In this document: positions 9,960-22,095 of the stretch, in pieces
How the letters are laid out: every line of letters begins with the position of its first letter
Numbering within the stretch: position 1 is the first letter of the stretch
DNA from: an uncultured delta proteobacterium
GTDB lineage: Bacteria > Myxococcota_A > Polyangia > Haliangiales > Haliangiaceae
Direction of reading: 5' to 3'
DNA: 64,000 nucleotides
NCBI GenBank assembly: GCA_963743525.1
Contig: CAVUQH010000003.1
Coordinates: 480,001 to 544,000 of the forward strand
Program-made: the position numbers and the translations under genes
Notes under the pieces: model-generated
Databases searched by the model: none
Told to the model about the DNA's origin: nothing
The model's input: only the letters and a program-made list of their open reading frames with translations

Positions 9960-10092
9960 GGGACATCCCAGATGTTGCGTGCGTTCGAGGGAGGGAGGGA
10001 GCCGGGATGTCCTTTATGTCCGTCGTGAGGGGAAACAGTGGGAGGCGTCCTGCCTATTCCCCCACCCCGAGGGTGGGACCATGTTTCCTGCA
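9927..10092 (-). ncRNA. Candidate sigma54-dependent small RNA (~165 nt)
   Basis: Bounded by a consensus sigma54 promoter and an intrinsic terminator. Stems 9961-9969/10004-10012, 10031-10037/10082-10088 and 10061-10067/10071-10077. No ORF fits between promoter and terminator. Confidence 0.6.
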
Positions 10093-10103
10093 TATTTTCT
10101 GGA

Positions 10104-10118
10104 GCAACGCGCGTGCCA
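10104..10118 (-). promoter_or_regulatory. sigma54 (-24/-12) promoter
   Basis: Minus strand reads TGGCAC-GCGCG-TTGC, a perfect match to TGGCAC-N5-TTGC. Confidence 0.8.
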
Positions 10119-10234
10119 CCTTGGGCCGAGCGCGGTTCCACGCGATCTCGCCGAGTTCCGCGTTCACCGTGCTGCCGTGATTTGCCGGGTACGGCTACTC
10201 GGGTAGCCAGCCCGAAAGACCAGGGCAACGGCGT

Positions 10235-12565
10235 TCACAGTGGCGCGTTGGGATCCACCGTGACCGGTGGCGGACGGTTCGACCGGGAGACGTCGGGCGC
10301 CCCGTCCTTGCGGCGGAACGCCAGCGGATACGTGACCACGCCAATCGCCTCGGGATCGTCGCCCTGCGCCACCCGCGGCACCCGAATGGAGTAGCCGGCG
10401 TCGGCGATGCAGGCTTCCATGCCACCGTCCGGGAAGGTCGAGCGCTGCGCCTCGGCCCACTGCACCTCGCCGCGGCCGAGCTCGAGGTAGAGCACCACCG
10501 ATCCGACCAGCTGCGGATGGGCTTTCAGCGCCTGCTGATAACAAGCGCGCGCCTTGGGCATGACGTGGGTGTCGATGAGTCGCGCGATGATCGCCCGGTC
10601 GAGGGAACCGGTGCGCCGCTGATCGACTCCCGCCGGCACGGCCAGGGACGGGCTGACCGCAAAGCTGCCCAGGCCGGCGCCGGATCGCAGCTCGGGTGGC
10701 GATGGCATGCGCGTGAACACCTGCGGTCCCCAGCGGCGGGTCATGGCCAGGCGGTCGCGGGCGAATCCATCGCGGCCGTCGACGCCGACCAGCGCCGCCG
10801 TTGGCGTCACCACGCGGGCCTTGCGCGCGGCGGTGGCCGTCGTGGTGCGCTCGTCGTCGCCGCTGCCGTCACCGGTGCTCTGCAGGCTCACGGCATCGGC
10901 CCACAGCACCGCCAGCGGCGCCGCCGCCGCGCGCAGCGACGAGTCGCCGCGGCCGCGCAACGTGACCGTCTTGCCGCCGGCGTGGGCAACCAGCGAAATC
11001 GAGGTCGGCGCCTTGCCGCGGTAGAGGCCGACCGAGGTGAAGCCGCGCCCGGCCTCGAGCCGCTGCGGTAGCGCCAGGTCGTCGACCCTGGTCCCGCTGC
11101 CGGCGTCGATGGACAGCTGGTCCAGGGGCGCCGGCCGGCGCAGCTCGGCCGCCAGGCTCGACGCGCGCTCGGCCACGCTGCTCACGCGGATCGCCAGCGA
11201 CCGGCCGCCGGTGCGCGACGCCAGCGCCGCCGCCGGGCCGACCGCCGTGTCCGGCGCCGCCACCGCGTCGGGCACCAGCGTGATCGCCACCACCTGGCCG
11301 CGGTCGATGACCGGCGCGCCGATGCGGTCGATGGCGCGGGCGCCGGTCAGGTGCAGCGGCGTCATGCCGTCGCCGATGATGACCACCAGCGTCCGCCCGG
11401 GGCCGTGCTTGTCCTCGTCGCGGGTGGTCGCCGCGCGCACCAGGTCGAGGGCCGCGCCCAGGTCGCTGCCGTTGCGCGGGTCGGCGGGCGGCACCAGCGC
11501 GGCGGCGATCGCCTTGCGCGTGGCGTGGTCGTTGGACTGGAGCGCGCCCAGCTGTCGGCGCGCCGTGCGGTCGAAGGTGATCAGGTCGACGCGCGCATCT
11601 TCCGGTACCGCGGCCAGCAACGTGCCGGCCAGCTGCTGGGCTGCGGCGACGCCGGCGTTGCCCATGCTGGCCGAGACGTCGACCACCAACAGCACGCGAT
11701 CCGGGTCGAGCGGCGAGCGCCCGGTCGGCCGCGGCATCCACGCCTGCACCGCCAGCGCGCCGACGCCCTTGCCCAGCGGCACCGTGGCGTAGCTCACGTG
11801 GGCGCCGGCGCCGAGCTCCGGCGTCACCTCGATCACGGTGTCGCCGCCGCGCGCGGCCAGGGCGTCGTGGCGCTTGCTGCCGGGCAGCTTCGCCTGCAGG
11901 CGGCCGCCGATCACCAGGTTTCGGTAGCGGGTCACGCCGGCGGCCGGCGTCAGGGTGACCTCGACCTGCTCGGTGACCAGCCGCGGGCTGTCACCGCGGC
12001 CGGGGATGCGCAGCGACAACCGGCCGTCGTCCAGGCGCAGCGGCGCCAGCCAGGTGACCTCGACCGTGGCGTTGCGCCCGGCCGGCAGCGGAAACAGCCG
12101 CAGCTCGTAAGTGGCCAGGCCGCCGTCGGCGGGATCCGGCGGCGTGTCGTCGCGCTCCATCAGCCGCACCAGCACGGCATCCGGGCTGGCGCGGTGCCGC
12201 AGCGACTCGGCGCCGCCGGCCGGCATCACCGCCGATTCGGCGTCGACGATCTCGGCGGTGGTCCAGCCGCTGGCCAGGTGTGCGCGCGCGTCGACCAGCG
12301 CGGCGTCGGCGGGCAGGTCGAAGCGGTAGATCGCCACCGCCTCGTCGCTGCCGCGGTTGGAGATCGACTGCCGCGCCACGATCCGCGCGATGCCGCCGGT
12401 GAGGTGCACCTGATAGACGAAGCCCGACTCGCTGAGGTCGCCGTCGGGGACGCCCTGAGCGGCGAGCCGCGTGTCCGCCCAGCCGGGCACCAGGTCAGTC
12501 AGGAGGCAGAACGCGCCGACGACCAGTGCCGCCGACGCACGTGACCATTTCGTGCTCGCGCCCAT
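10235..12565 (-). CDS. Exported VIT + VWA + AgmX/PglI-like C-terminal domain protein
   Basis: Signal peptide, VIT-like (YRFDLP...LRLFPL), MIDAS DVSAS and IGDG, C-terminal G.LDR.II......RACY...L...P.L.G...YP..F. Confidence 0.75.
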   Translation of the reverse strand: MGASTKWSRASAALVVGAFCLLTDLVPGWADTRLAAQGVPDGDLSESGFVYQVHLTGGIARIVARQSISNRGSDEAVAIYRFDLPADAALVDARAHLASGWTTAEIVDAESAVMPAGGAESLRHRASPDAVLVRLMERDDTPPDPADGGLATYELRLFPLPAGRNATVEVTWLAPLRLDDGRLSLRIPGRGDSPRLVTEQVEVTLTPAAGVTRYRNLVIGGRLQAKLPGSKRHDALAARGGDTVIEVTPELGAGAHVSYATVPLGKGVGALAVQAWMPRPTGRSPLDPDRVLLVVDVSASMGNAGVAAAQQLAGTLLAAVPEDARVDLITFDRTARRQLGALQSNDHATRKAIAAALVPPADPRNGSDLGAALDLVRAATTRDEDKHGPGRTLVVIIGDGMTPLHLTGARAIDRIGAPVIDRGQVVAITLVPDAVAAPDTAVGPAAALASRTGGRSLAIRVSSVAERASSLAAELRRPAPLDQLSIDAGSGTRVDDLALPQRLEAGRGFTSVGLYRGKAPTSISLVAHAGGKTVTLRGRGDSSLRAAAAPLAVLWADAVSLQSTGDGSGDDERTTTATAARKARVVTPTAALVGVDGRDGFARDRLAMTRRWGPQVFTRMPSPPELRSGAGLGSFAVSPSLAVPAGVDQRRTGSLDRAIIARLIDTHVMPKARACYQQALKAHPQLVGSVVLYLELGRGEVQWAEAQRSTFPDGGMEACIADAGYSIRVPRVAQGDDPEAIGVVTYPLAFRRKDGAPDVSRSNRPPPVTVDPNAPL

Positions 12566-12689
12566 GACGTACGTGAAGGTTGACACCGCTCGCGCCGGTG
12601 CGGTTGCGCCAGAGTTGGGGCGAACGGCAAAGCCGCGGGGTTTTGCATGGTTGCATGGTTGCTCGTCCCGCGCCCATCCCCGAAAATGG

Positions 12690-13965
12690 GTGCTGGTGGC
12701 CGCGCATCGACCCAGAGTGGGACTGATCCTGTCCGGCGGCGGCTCGCGCGGGGCATACGAGGCCGGCGTCCTGCTGTTCATCCGCGACCGTCTGGCGCGG
12801 CGAATGGGCCGCCAGGCGCCGATCGACATCATCACCGGCACCAGCGTCGGCGCCATCAACGCCGCCTTCCTGGCCGCCACCATCGACGATCCGACGCACC
12901 AGGCCGCGCGCCTGTGCGAGACCTGGCGCGCGCTGGAGATCGAGAAGATGATCGCGCTGTCCGGGCTCGATCTGGTCCGCTCGATCCGCCTGCTCATCGG
13001 CGGCAACCCGCCGCCGCCGTCGCCCGGCACCTACCGCTACGGCGGCGTGCTCGAAACCAAGGGGCTCGAGCGCTTCGTCATCCGCTCGATTCCGTGGCGG
13101 TGCATCCGCCGCAACCTGTTGCGCGGGCACCTGCGCGCGCTGGCGGTGTCGGCGACCCACGTCGGCAGCGGCCACACGATCGTCTTCATCGACTCGGCCC
13201 AGCCGATCCCGCGCGCCTGGAGCAGCGATCCGTTCGTCACCCAGCGGGCCGCCAGCATCGGCCCGCGCCACGTGCTGGCGTCGGCGGCGATCCCGCTGCT
13301 GTTTCCCGCCGTGCGCATCGCCGACGCCTTCTACACCGACGGCGGTCTGCGCCAGAACACGCCGATGTCGCCGGCCATCCGGCTGGGCGCGGATCGCCTG
13401 CTGGTGGTGTCGCTGCGCCACCACGAGACCCCGGCCGAGCTGGCCGACCAGGTGCGCCAGCGCGAGCGCGAGGTGGCGTATCCGCGGCCGCTGTTCATGT
13501 TCGGCAAGGCGCTCAACGCGCTGCTCCTCGACCACACCGACTACGACCTGGACCGGATGAGCCGGCTCAACGCCATCCTCGAGGCCGGCACCCGCGCCTT
13601 CGGCCCGCGCTTCCAGGAGGTCATCAACATCGAGCTGACCCGCTTGCGCGGCGCGCCGATCCGCCCGCTCGAGGCCGTGCACGTGCGCCCGTCGGCCGAC
13701 ATCGGCGAGCTGGCGTCGGACTTCGTCCGCAAGGGCCGCGCGCGGGTCAACAGCCGCGTCGCTCGCCGGCTGCTGTCCAGGCTGGCGGCCGGCGAGTCAA
13801 CCCACGAGTCCGACGCCCTGTCGTATCTGCTGTTCGACGGCAACTTCGCGGGCGAGCTGATCGACCTGGGCTACCGCGACGCCGCCGCCCAGGAAGAGCA
13901 GCTGGCGCACCTGTTCCGCGACCAAGAACGTCGACGAAGAAGAGACCGCCGACGCCGCCAGCTAG
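12690..13965 (+). CDS. Patatin-like phospholipase; C-terminus probably frameshifted near 13928
   Basis: [26 protein letters not shown]. Removing one base near 13928 gives an acidic tail ending at TAG 13963-13965. Uncorrected, the ORF runs to 14183 over the next genes. Confidence 0.88.
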
Positions 13966-13975
13966 GCGCGGAGGC

Positions 13976-14062
13976 TCATGGCTGCGGGATGTGGCCGATG
14001 ATGAGGATGACCAGGAGGGCGAAGAAGACCAGGCCCGTCGCGATGAGAAAGGCTCGTTCCAT
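13976..14062 (-). CDS. Putative 28-aa single-TM small protein
   Basis: [30 protein letters not shown]3-rich codons; fills the gap between patatin and phosphotransferase. Confidence 0.45.
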   Translation of the reverse strand: MERAFLIATGLVFFALLVILIIGHIPQP

Positions 14063-14115
14063 GCTGATCAGATGCGTGGCCCGCGGGGCCGGTGGTGCGG
14101 CAACTCGTCGCAGGC

Positions 14116-15096
14116 TCAGAGCAGGCCGGCCAGGTCGTAGTCGGCGGCCAGCGCGCTCCAGCGGCGGACGGCCAGGTGGGTGACGTCGAGCTGGCGGCCG
14201 GTCCAGGAGGCGGCGTAGTCGCTGCCGCAGCCGTTGACCGTGCCGATCCAGAAGCGCAGCAGGGCGAGGCGCAGGTCGATCCGCAGCGTTTCGAGGCGGT
14301 AGTCGGCCACGCCGGCGGTCTGTAGCGCGGCGTGGTAGCGGGTGATGAGGCTCGGCTCGTGTTGGGCGCGGTCGTCGAGCGACAGGGCGCTGATGAACAG
14401 CTGCGCCAGGTCGACGGCGGCGCAGCCGGTCGCGCACCTCTGCCAGTCGTACAGCACCGCGCGGTCGCGGGTGAAGGCCCAGTTGTCGATGTGGGAATCG
14501 ACGTGGATCAGCGTGCGCGGTGGTGTCGCCAGTGGCGCCAGTCGCTGCGCGTGCTGCGGGCCGACGGCGTCGAGCAGCGCGCGGGTCGTCGGGGTCAGGT
14601 CGTCGGCGTAGCGAGTGACGAAGCTCGCCTTGCGCTGGCCGTATTTGCGCAGCTGCGCGGGGAAATCGCCGTAGCGCGGCAGCCACGCCAGGGAGTCGAT
14701 CTCCGGCGACGCCCACCAGCGGGCGTGCAGGTCGGCGAGCGTGTCAACGGCGGCGCGGGCCTGGTCAACGCTGCAGCCGGCGGCCGAGTCGCCCCAGTCG
14801 GCGCCGTCGAGATCCTCGAGCAGGAGCACGCACTGCCCGCTCGCCTGGTCGTAGTGCGCGACGTAGCAGCGCGGCACCAGCGGCAGGCAGCGGCCACCGA
14901 GCTCGGCGTAGAACGACACCTCGCGCGCACTCTCGACCGACAGCTTGGCGATCAGGCGCGGCGGCAGGTCGCCGCTGTCGCCGTCGGCCCGCAGGCGGTA
15001 GACCCGCGAGGCGAAGCCGTAGTCGGCGCCGATGCGGGTCGCGTGGTAGCGCGCGCTGCCGAGTAGCGGAGCGAGATCGAAGTCGTCGAGATGCAT
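14116..15096 (-). CDS. APH/EcKinase-like small-molecule phosphotransferase
   Basis: [31 protein letters not shown] (HxDxxxxN), YDWQ, DLA. Confidence 0.85.
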   Translation of the reverse strand: MHLDDFDLAPLLGSARYHATRIGADYGFASRVYRLRADGDSGDLPPRLIAKLSVESAREVSFYAELGGRCLPLVPRCYVAHYDQASGQCVLLLEDLDGADWGDSAAGCSVDQARAAVDTLADLHARWWASPEIDSLAWLPRYGDFPAQLRKYGQRKASFVTRYADDLTPTTRALLDAVGPQHAQRLAPLATPPRTLIHVDSHIDNWAFTRDRAVLYDWQRCATGCAAVDLAQLFISALSLDDRAQHEPSLITRYHAALQTAGVADYRLETLRIDLRLALLRFWIGTVNGCGSDYAASWTGRQLDVTHLAVRRWSALAADYDLAGLL

Positions 15097-15192
15097 CAGC
15101 AGATGTCCGGGAATCGGACGGTTCGCCGTCCGCGTGGGCGGACGATGTCCGGGTGGGCGGACAGCCGCGGCGCTGGTTCGCGGGGTTGCGAG

Positions 15193-15207
15193 CGGCACGG
15201 GGACTGC
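15193..15207 (+). promoter_or_regulatory. Possible sigma54-like promoter upstream of recA
   Basis: CGGCAC-GGGGA-CTGC, correct GG-N10-GC spacing with two mismatches. RBS GGAGGA follows at ~15230. Confidence 0.4.
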
Positions 15208-15241
15208 TCTGGGGTTGGGCTCAACCTGTGGAGGATAACCC

Positions 15242-16276
<1,035 letters not shown>

Positions 16277-16280
<4 letters not shown>

Positions 16281-18217
16281 GCCGCGACCCGGCCGACGGT
16301 GGTGATCTCGCCGGTGCTGGCGTGGGCGCGGAGGCAGGCGACGTGGGTCGCGGCGTACAGCTCGACGTCGGGAGCGGCAGCGTAGGTCGGCGGGGTGAAG
16401 CGGACGGTGACCGGGCCCGCGGTCAGCGGTGCGCCGGTGCCGCCGGCGGCGGTGAACGCAGGCCAGTCGTGGGCGAAGCGTTGCTCGTACGGCGCGGTCC
16501 GGCCGAAGGCGGCGGTGATCAGGCGCTGGTAGTCGAACATCTCGGCGACCAGCGTCGGGTCGCCGCCGCCGGCGCGGACGAACGCTGCCGTCTGCTGCTC
16601 GAGCTCGTCGTAGAAGCGGTCGCGGTCGCGCAGGCAGGTCAGCGCGACGGCTTCGGCCAGGTCGACGGCCGGTCCGCCCGGGCTGGCCGGCAGGACGAAC
16701 GACTCGCTGGCCAGGATCGAATCGGCGTAGCGCTGAAACACGCCGGCCAGGGCGGCCAGCACGGAGCCGGGCTCGGCGTCGTCCATCCGCGCGCACAGGA
16801 AGTCGAGGTAGTCGCGGGCGTCGGCGCCCAGGCATTCGGGCAAGGCGTGCAGCGGCACGCGCAGAAGGCGCAGGTTGTAGGCCGCGTAGGCCAGGTAGGC
16901 GAAGCGCAGGGTGCGGCGCCAGTCGCCCGTCGGCATCTCGCGGGTGCCGACGACCAGCTCGAGCGACTCGTCGACCACCGGGTCCCAGCCGGTGCGGGTG
17001 GTCGTCCAGCGGCAGCGGCGCACCTCCAGACCGAGGATGCGGCGCTGCTCCGGGTCGGCCAGCTCGGTGTTGTCGAGCAGGTGGCACAGCGCCAGCACGA
17101 ACTCGTGCCGCGGATAGGCCGGCATCGCCTCGACCACCGTGCGCGTGAACGACGCGTAGGTCTGGCGCGGCAGCCCGAGGATCAGATCGTTGGAGGTGGC
17201 GATGCCGCGGGCGCCGAGGATCTCGCGCAGTCGCTGCGACTCGCCGGTCTGGATGTTGTCGCGCTTGACTGCGGCGATGACCTCGTCGTCGAAGTCTTGC
17301 ACCGCCAGCCCGGCGCAGCAGCCGATGCCGGCCTCGTGCATGATCTCGATCGTCTGCAGGTTGCGGCGGTGGTCGTTCTTGGTCAGGTAGAAGTAGCAGA
17401 AGGTCGGCCGGCCGGTGATGCGCTTGAGCTCGGCCAGGTGGTGCGCGATCTGGTGGTCGCGGCGGCGGATGCCAAAGTTGGCGTCGGTGATGGCGATGTG
17501 GCCGAAGCCGTTGGCGACGATCCAGTCGAGCTCGCGGGTGACGCGCTCCAGCGGGATCTCGGCCACCTTCTTGGTCAGCGACCAGTCGCAGAACGTGCAC
17601 GAGAACGGGCAGCCGCGGTTGGTCTCGACCAGCGCCATGCCAAAGCGGCCACGGTCGCGCCGGAGCAGGGCGTCAAAGGTGCCGTCGAGGTACGGCGACG
17701 CGGTTCGCGACAGATCGACGATGCGTTCGGGAGGTGGGCCGAAGCACGGCTGGCCTCCGGGTTGGCGAAAGCCGACGCCGGTGATGCCGTCGAAGCCGGC
17801 GCCGTCGAGGTGCCGCTCGAGGATGTTGACCAGCGCCACCTCGCCCTCGCCGAAGACCAGCAGGTCGATCGCCGGGTTGTCTGCCAGCAGTCGCTCGGCG
17901 CTGGCGCGCCGCCGCGGCACCGCCGGTCCACCGGCGATGATCAGAGCGGTCGGGTTCGACTGGCGGATCGCTCGCGCGGCCGCCAGCGAGTAGGCGGCGT
18001 TCCACGGGTAGGTTGACAGGCCGATCACGTCGGCGCCGGTCAGGCGCGCGGCGACCTCGGCGAGTGGCCGGCGCGCGACCTCGATGTCGAAGGTTGCCGC
18101 CGCCTCCAGGCGCGGTGATTGCCGCGCCGACGCCACCAGCACTCCGGCCGCCAGCGGCAGCGCGGGGGTGTGGTCGATCCCGTCGAACTGGCAGATGACG
18201 ACGCGCACGGCGGCCAT
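16277..18217 (-). CDS. Cobalamin-binding (class B) radical SAM enzyme
   Basis: N-terminal B12-binding region ([18 protein letters not shown]), [15 protein letters not shown] (CX3CX2C), DANFG, LILGLP. Confidence 0.9.
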
Positions 18218-18369
18218 CTTCCCACGGCGACGGGCAGTTTCCGCACGCGAGGAGCGTGCGCCGAAATACCGATGCGCCGAGCGCGAACCGATTGGAGGCA
18301 AATCCGTACCCATGTACAGGGTTTGCGCCGATCGTGGCTTCACGAGCGAGCGGGTAAGATCCGTCGCGC

Positions 18370-21300
18370 ATGGAGGGGAGGGACCGAGGGCCCGACCGCC
18401 TGGGTGCGTTCGCCGTCGATCACGTACTCGCCCACGGTGGAATGAGCATCGTCTACGCCGGGCACGATCCCGACACCGGCGAACGCGTTGCCATCAAGAC
18501 GGTCACGCTGCACAGCGAGACCTACCTGACCAGCTTGCGCCGCGAGATCCACGCGCTCAGTCGCGTGCGTCACCCGGGGATCGTGCGCATCCTCGACACC
18601 GGCGTCGCCCGCGGCGTGCCGTGGTACGCGATGGAGCTCATCGACGGCGATACGCTCGGCGGCTACGCGCGCTCGCTGTGGGGCACGCTCGATCTGGACG
18701 GCGACACCTTCGACGCCGCCGGCCCGACCGGCTCGTCGCCGTCGCCGACCTCGCTGCGATCGTCCACTCCGTCACCGCAGGTGCGCGCGCCGGCGCCTCG
18801 CCGACCGGCCGGCGGCGGTGAGCTGGCGGTCGCGCTGACCATCGCCCGGCGAATTTGTTCGCCGCTGGCCTACCTCCACGGCGAGGGGATCGTCCACCGC
18901 GATCTCAAGCCGACCAACATCGTCATGCGCCCGGACGGACGTCCGGTGCTGGTCGACTTCGGTCTGGCCTGGCGCATCGCCGGTGGACGCGGACGCGAGG
19001 CCCCCGACGTATTGCGCGACCTGGCGGGCACCCCCGAATACATGGCGCCGGAGCAGGCGCGGCTGGAGCGCCTGGACCCGCGCACCGATCTCTACTCGCT
19101 GGGCTGCATCCTCTACTACCTGGTCAGCGGCCGGCCGCCGTTCCTCGGTGCCGGCGAGCGGGTCATTCAGCAACACATCCACGACCGGGCGCCGCCACTG
19201 TCGGAGCTGGTCCAGGGCGTTCCCGCCGAGCTCGACGAGCTGGTCGCCGCGCTTCTGGCCAAGCAGCCCCGCGATCGCATCGGCTACGCCGAGGACGTCG
19301 CACGAGCGCTCGAGCAGCTGGGCGCCGAGCCCGAGCCGGACGACCTGCCCAGCCCGCGCACCTACGTCTACGGCCCGCGGCTGTCGGGACGCGCGCAGGT
19401 GTTCGCGGACCTGCGCCTGCTGCTCGACGGCGCCCGCCGTCACCGCGGTGGCATCGCTCTGGTCACCGGCGAGAGCGGCATCGGCAAGACCTATCTCGTG
19501 GTCGACGCCGCCCGGCAGTGTGGCGTCGGCGCGTGGATCTTCACCTGCGAGTGCGCGCCGCTGGCCCGGCCGCTGCAGCCGCTGCGCGCCTTGCTCACCG
19601 CGGTCGCCGACCGCTGCCGCACCCTGGGCACCGCCTTCACCGATCGCGTGCTCGGCGAGCGCGGCAAGATCCTGGCCACCATCGAGCCGCATCTGGCCGA
19701 TCTGCCGGGGCAGTCGGCCTATCCCAACCCGCCGCGGCTCACCGGTCCGGCGGCGCGCGACCGGTTGATGAAGGCGCTGTCCGAGACCCTCGAGGCGTTG
19801 GCCAGGAGCGGCCCGGTGATCATCATCGTCGACGATCTGCAGTGGGCCGACGAGCTGACGCTGCGCTTCTTCGCCACGCTGCCCGACGACTGGTTCGCCG
19901 GGCGCAGCGTCGCCGTCCTCGCCACCAGCCGCGAGGGCGATCGCAACGACGCCGTCGGTGAGCTCGCGGCCCGGCCCTACGTCGCCCAGCACTCCCTCGG
20001 CATGCTGGGCGAAGAGCACGTCAGCGCGCTGGTCGCGGATATGCTGGCGGTAGACACCGTGCCACCCGAGCTCGCGCACGTGGTCGCCGAGCAGTCGGGT
20101 GGCAACCCGTTCTTCGTCGCCGAATATCTGCGCGCCGCGGTCGACGAGGGACACATCCGCCGCTGCTCGCCCAAGCTGGTGGCCTTCGATTCGCTGCCGA
20201 CCCTGGCGTCATTGGCGTCGCTGGTCGAGCACCGACTGGCCGGGTTGTCGCCCGAGGCGCTGGCGATGCTCGAAGCCGCCGCCGTGCTCGGCCGCGAGCT
20301 GGTGCTGGATCTGCTGCTGGAGGTGAGCGGCCACGAATTGGATCCGGACGCGCGCCTGGATGCGCTCAGCGAGTTGTTCGCCCGCCACATCCTCGAGCAG
20401 CCGGGGCCGACGCACATCCGTTTCATCCACGACAAGCTGCACGAGATCGCCTACGAGCGGTTGTCCGCGGTTCGTCGCGCTGCTCTTCACCGCCGGGCGG
20501 CCGACGCCATCGCCGCCCGCGCGCACACCGCCGAGGAGCGGCGCGACGTGGCGATGATCCTGGCCCACCATTGCGACGCTGCCGGCGATCCGGCGCGGGC
20601 GCTCGATCACCTGGAGGCGGCGGCCGAATCGGCGCTGGCCGACGGTGCGTATCGCCGCGCGGTCCTCTGCCTCGACCGCGCCGAAGCGCTGCACCGCGCC
20701 GGAGCCACCGCCATCGACGCGCGCCGCGGTCGCTGGCAGCTGGGGCTGGCGCGGGCAAGCTTCGGCCTGGGTGAGCTGGAAGCGGCCGAAGGTCACGCCT
20801 CGTTGTCGCTCCAGCACCTGGGCCACCGCGTGCCGCATACGCGCGTGCGCTGGGGAGCGCGGCTGGGCCGCGAGCTCGCCAGGCAGACCCGGCATCTCCT
20901 CGGGGTGCGCTCGCATCCGCGCTCGGCGGTCGACCGCGCGCGGCTGGGTGACGCGGCGGTAGCCGCCAGTCTGCTCAGCCACCGCTACTTCTACGTCGAC
21001 GAGCCGCTGGGCATGCTGGCCGCGTCGCTGATGGCGGTCAACCTGGCCGAGCGCGCCCGCGCCGGCACCCGGGTGCCGCGGCCGTACGCGCAGCTGGCAT
21101 TCACCAGTGGCTTGCTGGGTCTGCATCCAGTGGCGCGCCGCTACTTCGATCGCGCTCGCGCCGCTGCCCGCGGCAACACTGATCCGACCGAGGTCGCGTT
21201 TACCTTTCTGGTCGAGGCGGTCTATCTGGGCAGCCTGGGCCGCTGGTCGCGCGCCGAGAAGATGGCTGACGACGCCGCCCGCCGGCTGCGCGCGCTGTAC

Positions 21301-22071
21301 GACCCGACGCTGCTCGAGATGGCCATCACCACCCTGGGCCACATCGAGTACTACACCGGTCGTCTCGAACAGGCCTGCCAGCGCTACCGCGAAGTGCTGT
21401 CGTCGGCGCGGGCGCGCGCAAGTCACCAGCACGCGACCTGGGGACTGTTCTCGATCGGCCGCAGCCTGTTGCCCATGGGCCGGCCGGCCGAAGCGCGCGA
21501 GCTGCTCAGCGAGGCGCGCGAGGCCCTTCGGCTGCGGCCGGAGCTGCAGTCGGAGATCATCTGCACCGGCCTGCTGGCCGCGGCCACGCTGCGCTGCGGC
21601 GACGAGCCGCTGGCACTCGAGCTGGCCGAGGAGACTCTGGCGATCGTCCGCCGCTCGCGCCCGGTCGGCTTTCCCGAGCTGGAGGGCTATCGCGGTGCGG
21701 CCGAGGCGTTCGTCGCCCTCGGCGAGCGCGGCGCTGCGGCGGTGCGCGCGCGCGACGGTGCCGAGCAGATGGCTCGCCAGCTGGCGCGCATCGCCCGCGT
21801 CTTTCCCATCGCGCGGCCGGCGTTGCGCCTGCACCGCAGCGAGCTGGCGCGGCTGGCCGGCAACGCCGCAGCTGCCCGACGCGAAGCCGCGCACAGCCTG
21901 ACCCTGGCGCGGCAGCTCGAGCTACCGCGCGACGAGGCGCTGGCGTTCATCTCGCTGTCCCGTTTTGCCACCGACCAGGCCGCCCGCGCCGCCGCGCTCG
22001 ACAGCGCCGTCGCCATCGGCAACCGCATCGGCGCGCTGCACCTGGTCGACCGCGCGCGATCGATTCGTTGA
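18370..22071 (+). CDS. Ser/Thr kinase - AAA/STAND ATPase - TPR-like protein
   Basis: HRDLKPTN, DFG, GTPEYMAPE, Walker A GESGIGKT, Walker B IIVDDLQWAD, GGNPFF, F.HD, helical C-terminus. Confidence 0.92.
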   Translation: MEGRDRGPDRLGAFAVDHVLAHGGMSIVYAGHDPDTGERVAIKTVTLHSETYLTSLRREIHALSRVRHPGIVRILDTGVARGVPWYAMELIDGDTLGGYARSLWGTLDLDGDTFDAAGPTGSSPSPTSLRSSTPSPQVRAPAPRRPAGGGELAVALTIARRICSPLAYLHGEGIVHRDLKPTNIVMRPDGRPVLVDFGLAWRIAGGRGREAPDVLRDLAGTPEYMAPEQARLERLDPRTDLYSLGCILYYLVSGRPPFLGAGERVIQQHIHDRAPPLSELVQGVPAELDELVAALLAKQPRDRIGYAEDVARALEQLGAEPEPDDLPSPRTYVYGPRLSGRAQVFADLRLLLDGARRHRGGIALVTGESGIGKTYLVVDAARQCGVGAWIFTCECAPLARPLQPLRALLTAVADRCRTLGTAFTDRVLGERGKILATIEPHLADLPGQSAYPNPPRLTGPAARDRLMKALSETLEALARSGPVIIIVDDLQWADELTLRFFATLPDDWFAGRSVAVLATSREGDRNDAVGELAARPYVAQHSLGMLGEEHVSALVADMLAVDTVPPELAHVVAEQSGGNPFFVAEYLRAAVDEGHIRRCSPKLVAFDSLPTLASLASLVEHRLAGLSPEALAMLEAAAVLGRELVLDLLLEVSGHELDPDARLDALSELFARHILEQPGPTHIRFIHDKLHEIAYERLSAVRRAALHRRAADAIAARAHTAEERRDVAMILAHHCDAAGDPARALDHLEAAAESALADGAYRRAVLCLDRAEALHRAGATAIDARRGRWQLGLARASFGLGELEAAEGHASLSLQHLGHRVPHTRVRWGARLGRELARQTRHLLGVRSHPRSAVDRARLGDAAVAASLLSHRYFYVDEPLGMLAASLMAVNLAERARAGTRVPRPYAQLAFTSGLLGLHPVARRYFDRARAAARGNTDPTEVAFTFLVEAVYLGSLGRWSRAEKMADDAARRLRALYDPTLLEMAITTLGHIEYYTGRLEQACQRYREVLSSARARASHQHATWGLFSIGRSLLPMGRPAEARELLSEAREALRLRPELQSEIICTGLLAAATLRCGDEPLALELAEETLAIVRRSRPVGFPELEGYRGAAEAFVALGERGAAAVRARDGAEQMARQLARIARVFPIARPALRLHRSELARLAGNAAAARREAAHSLTLARQLELPRDEALAFISLSRFATDQAARAAALDSAVAIGNRIGALHLVDRARSIR

Positions 22072-22095
22072 GACCAAAGGGGGAGGGGAACCAAG

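Noticed and set aside
9760..10394. Short ORFs (9760..10206, 9872..10228, 9896..10180, 10038..10394)
   Set aside because: Atypical composition, no motifs, and they cross the terminator or promoter. The region is better explained as non-coding.
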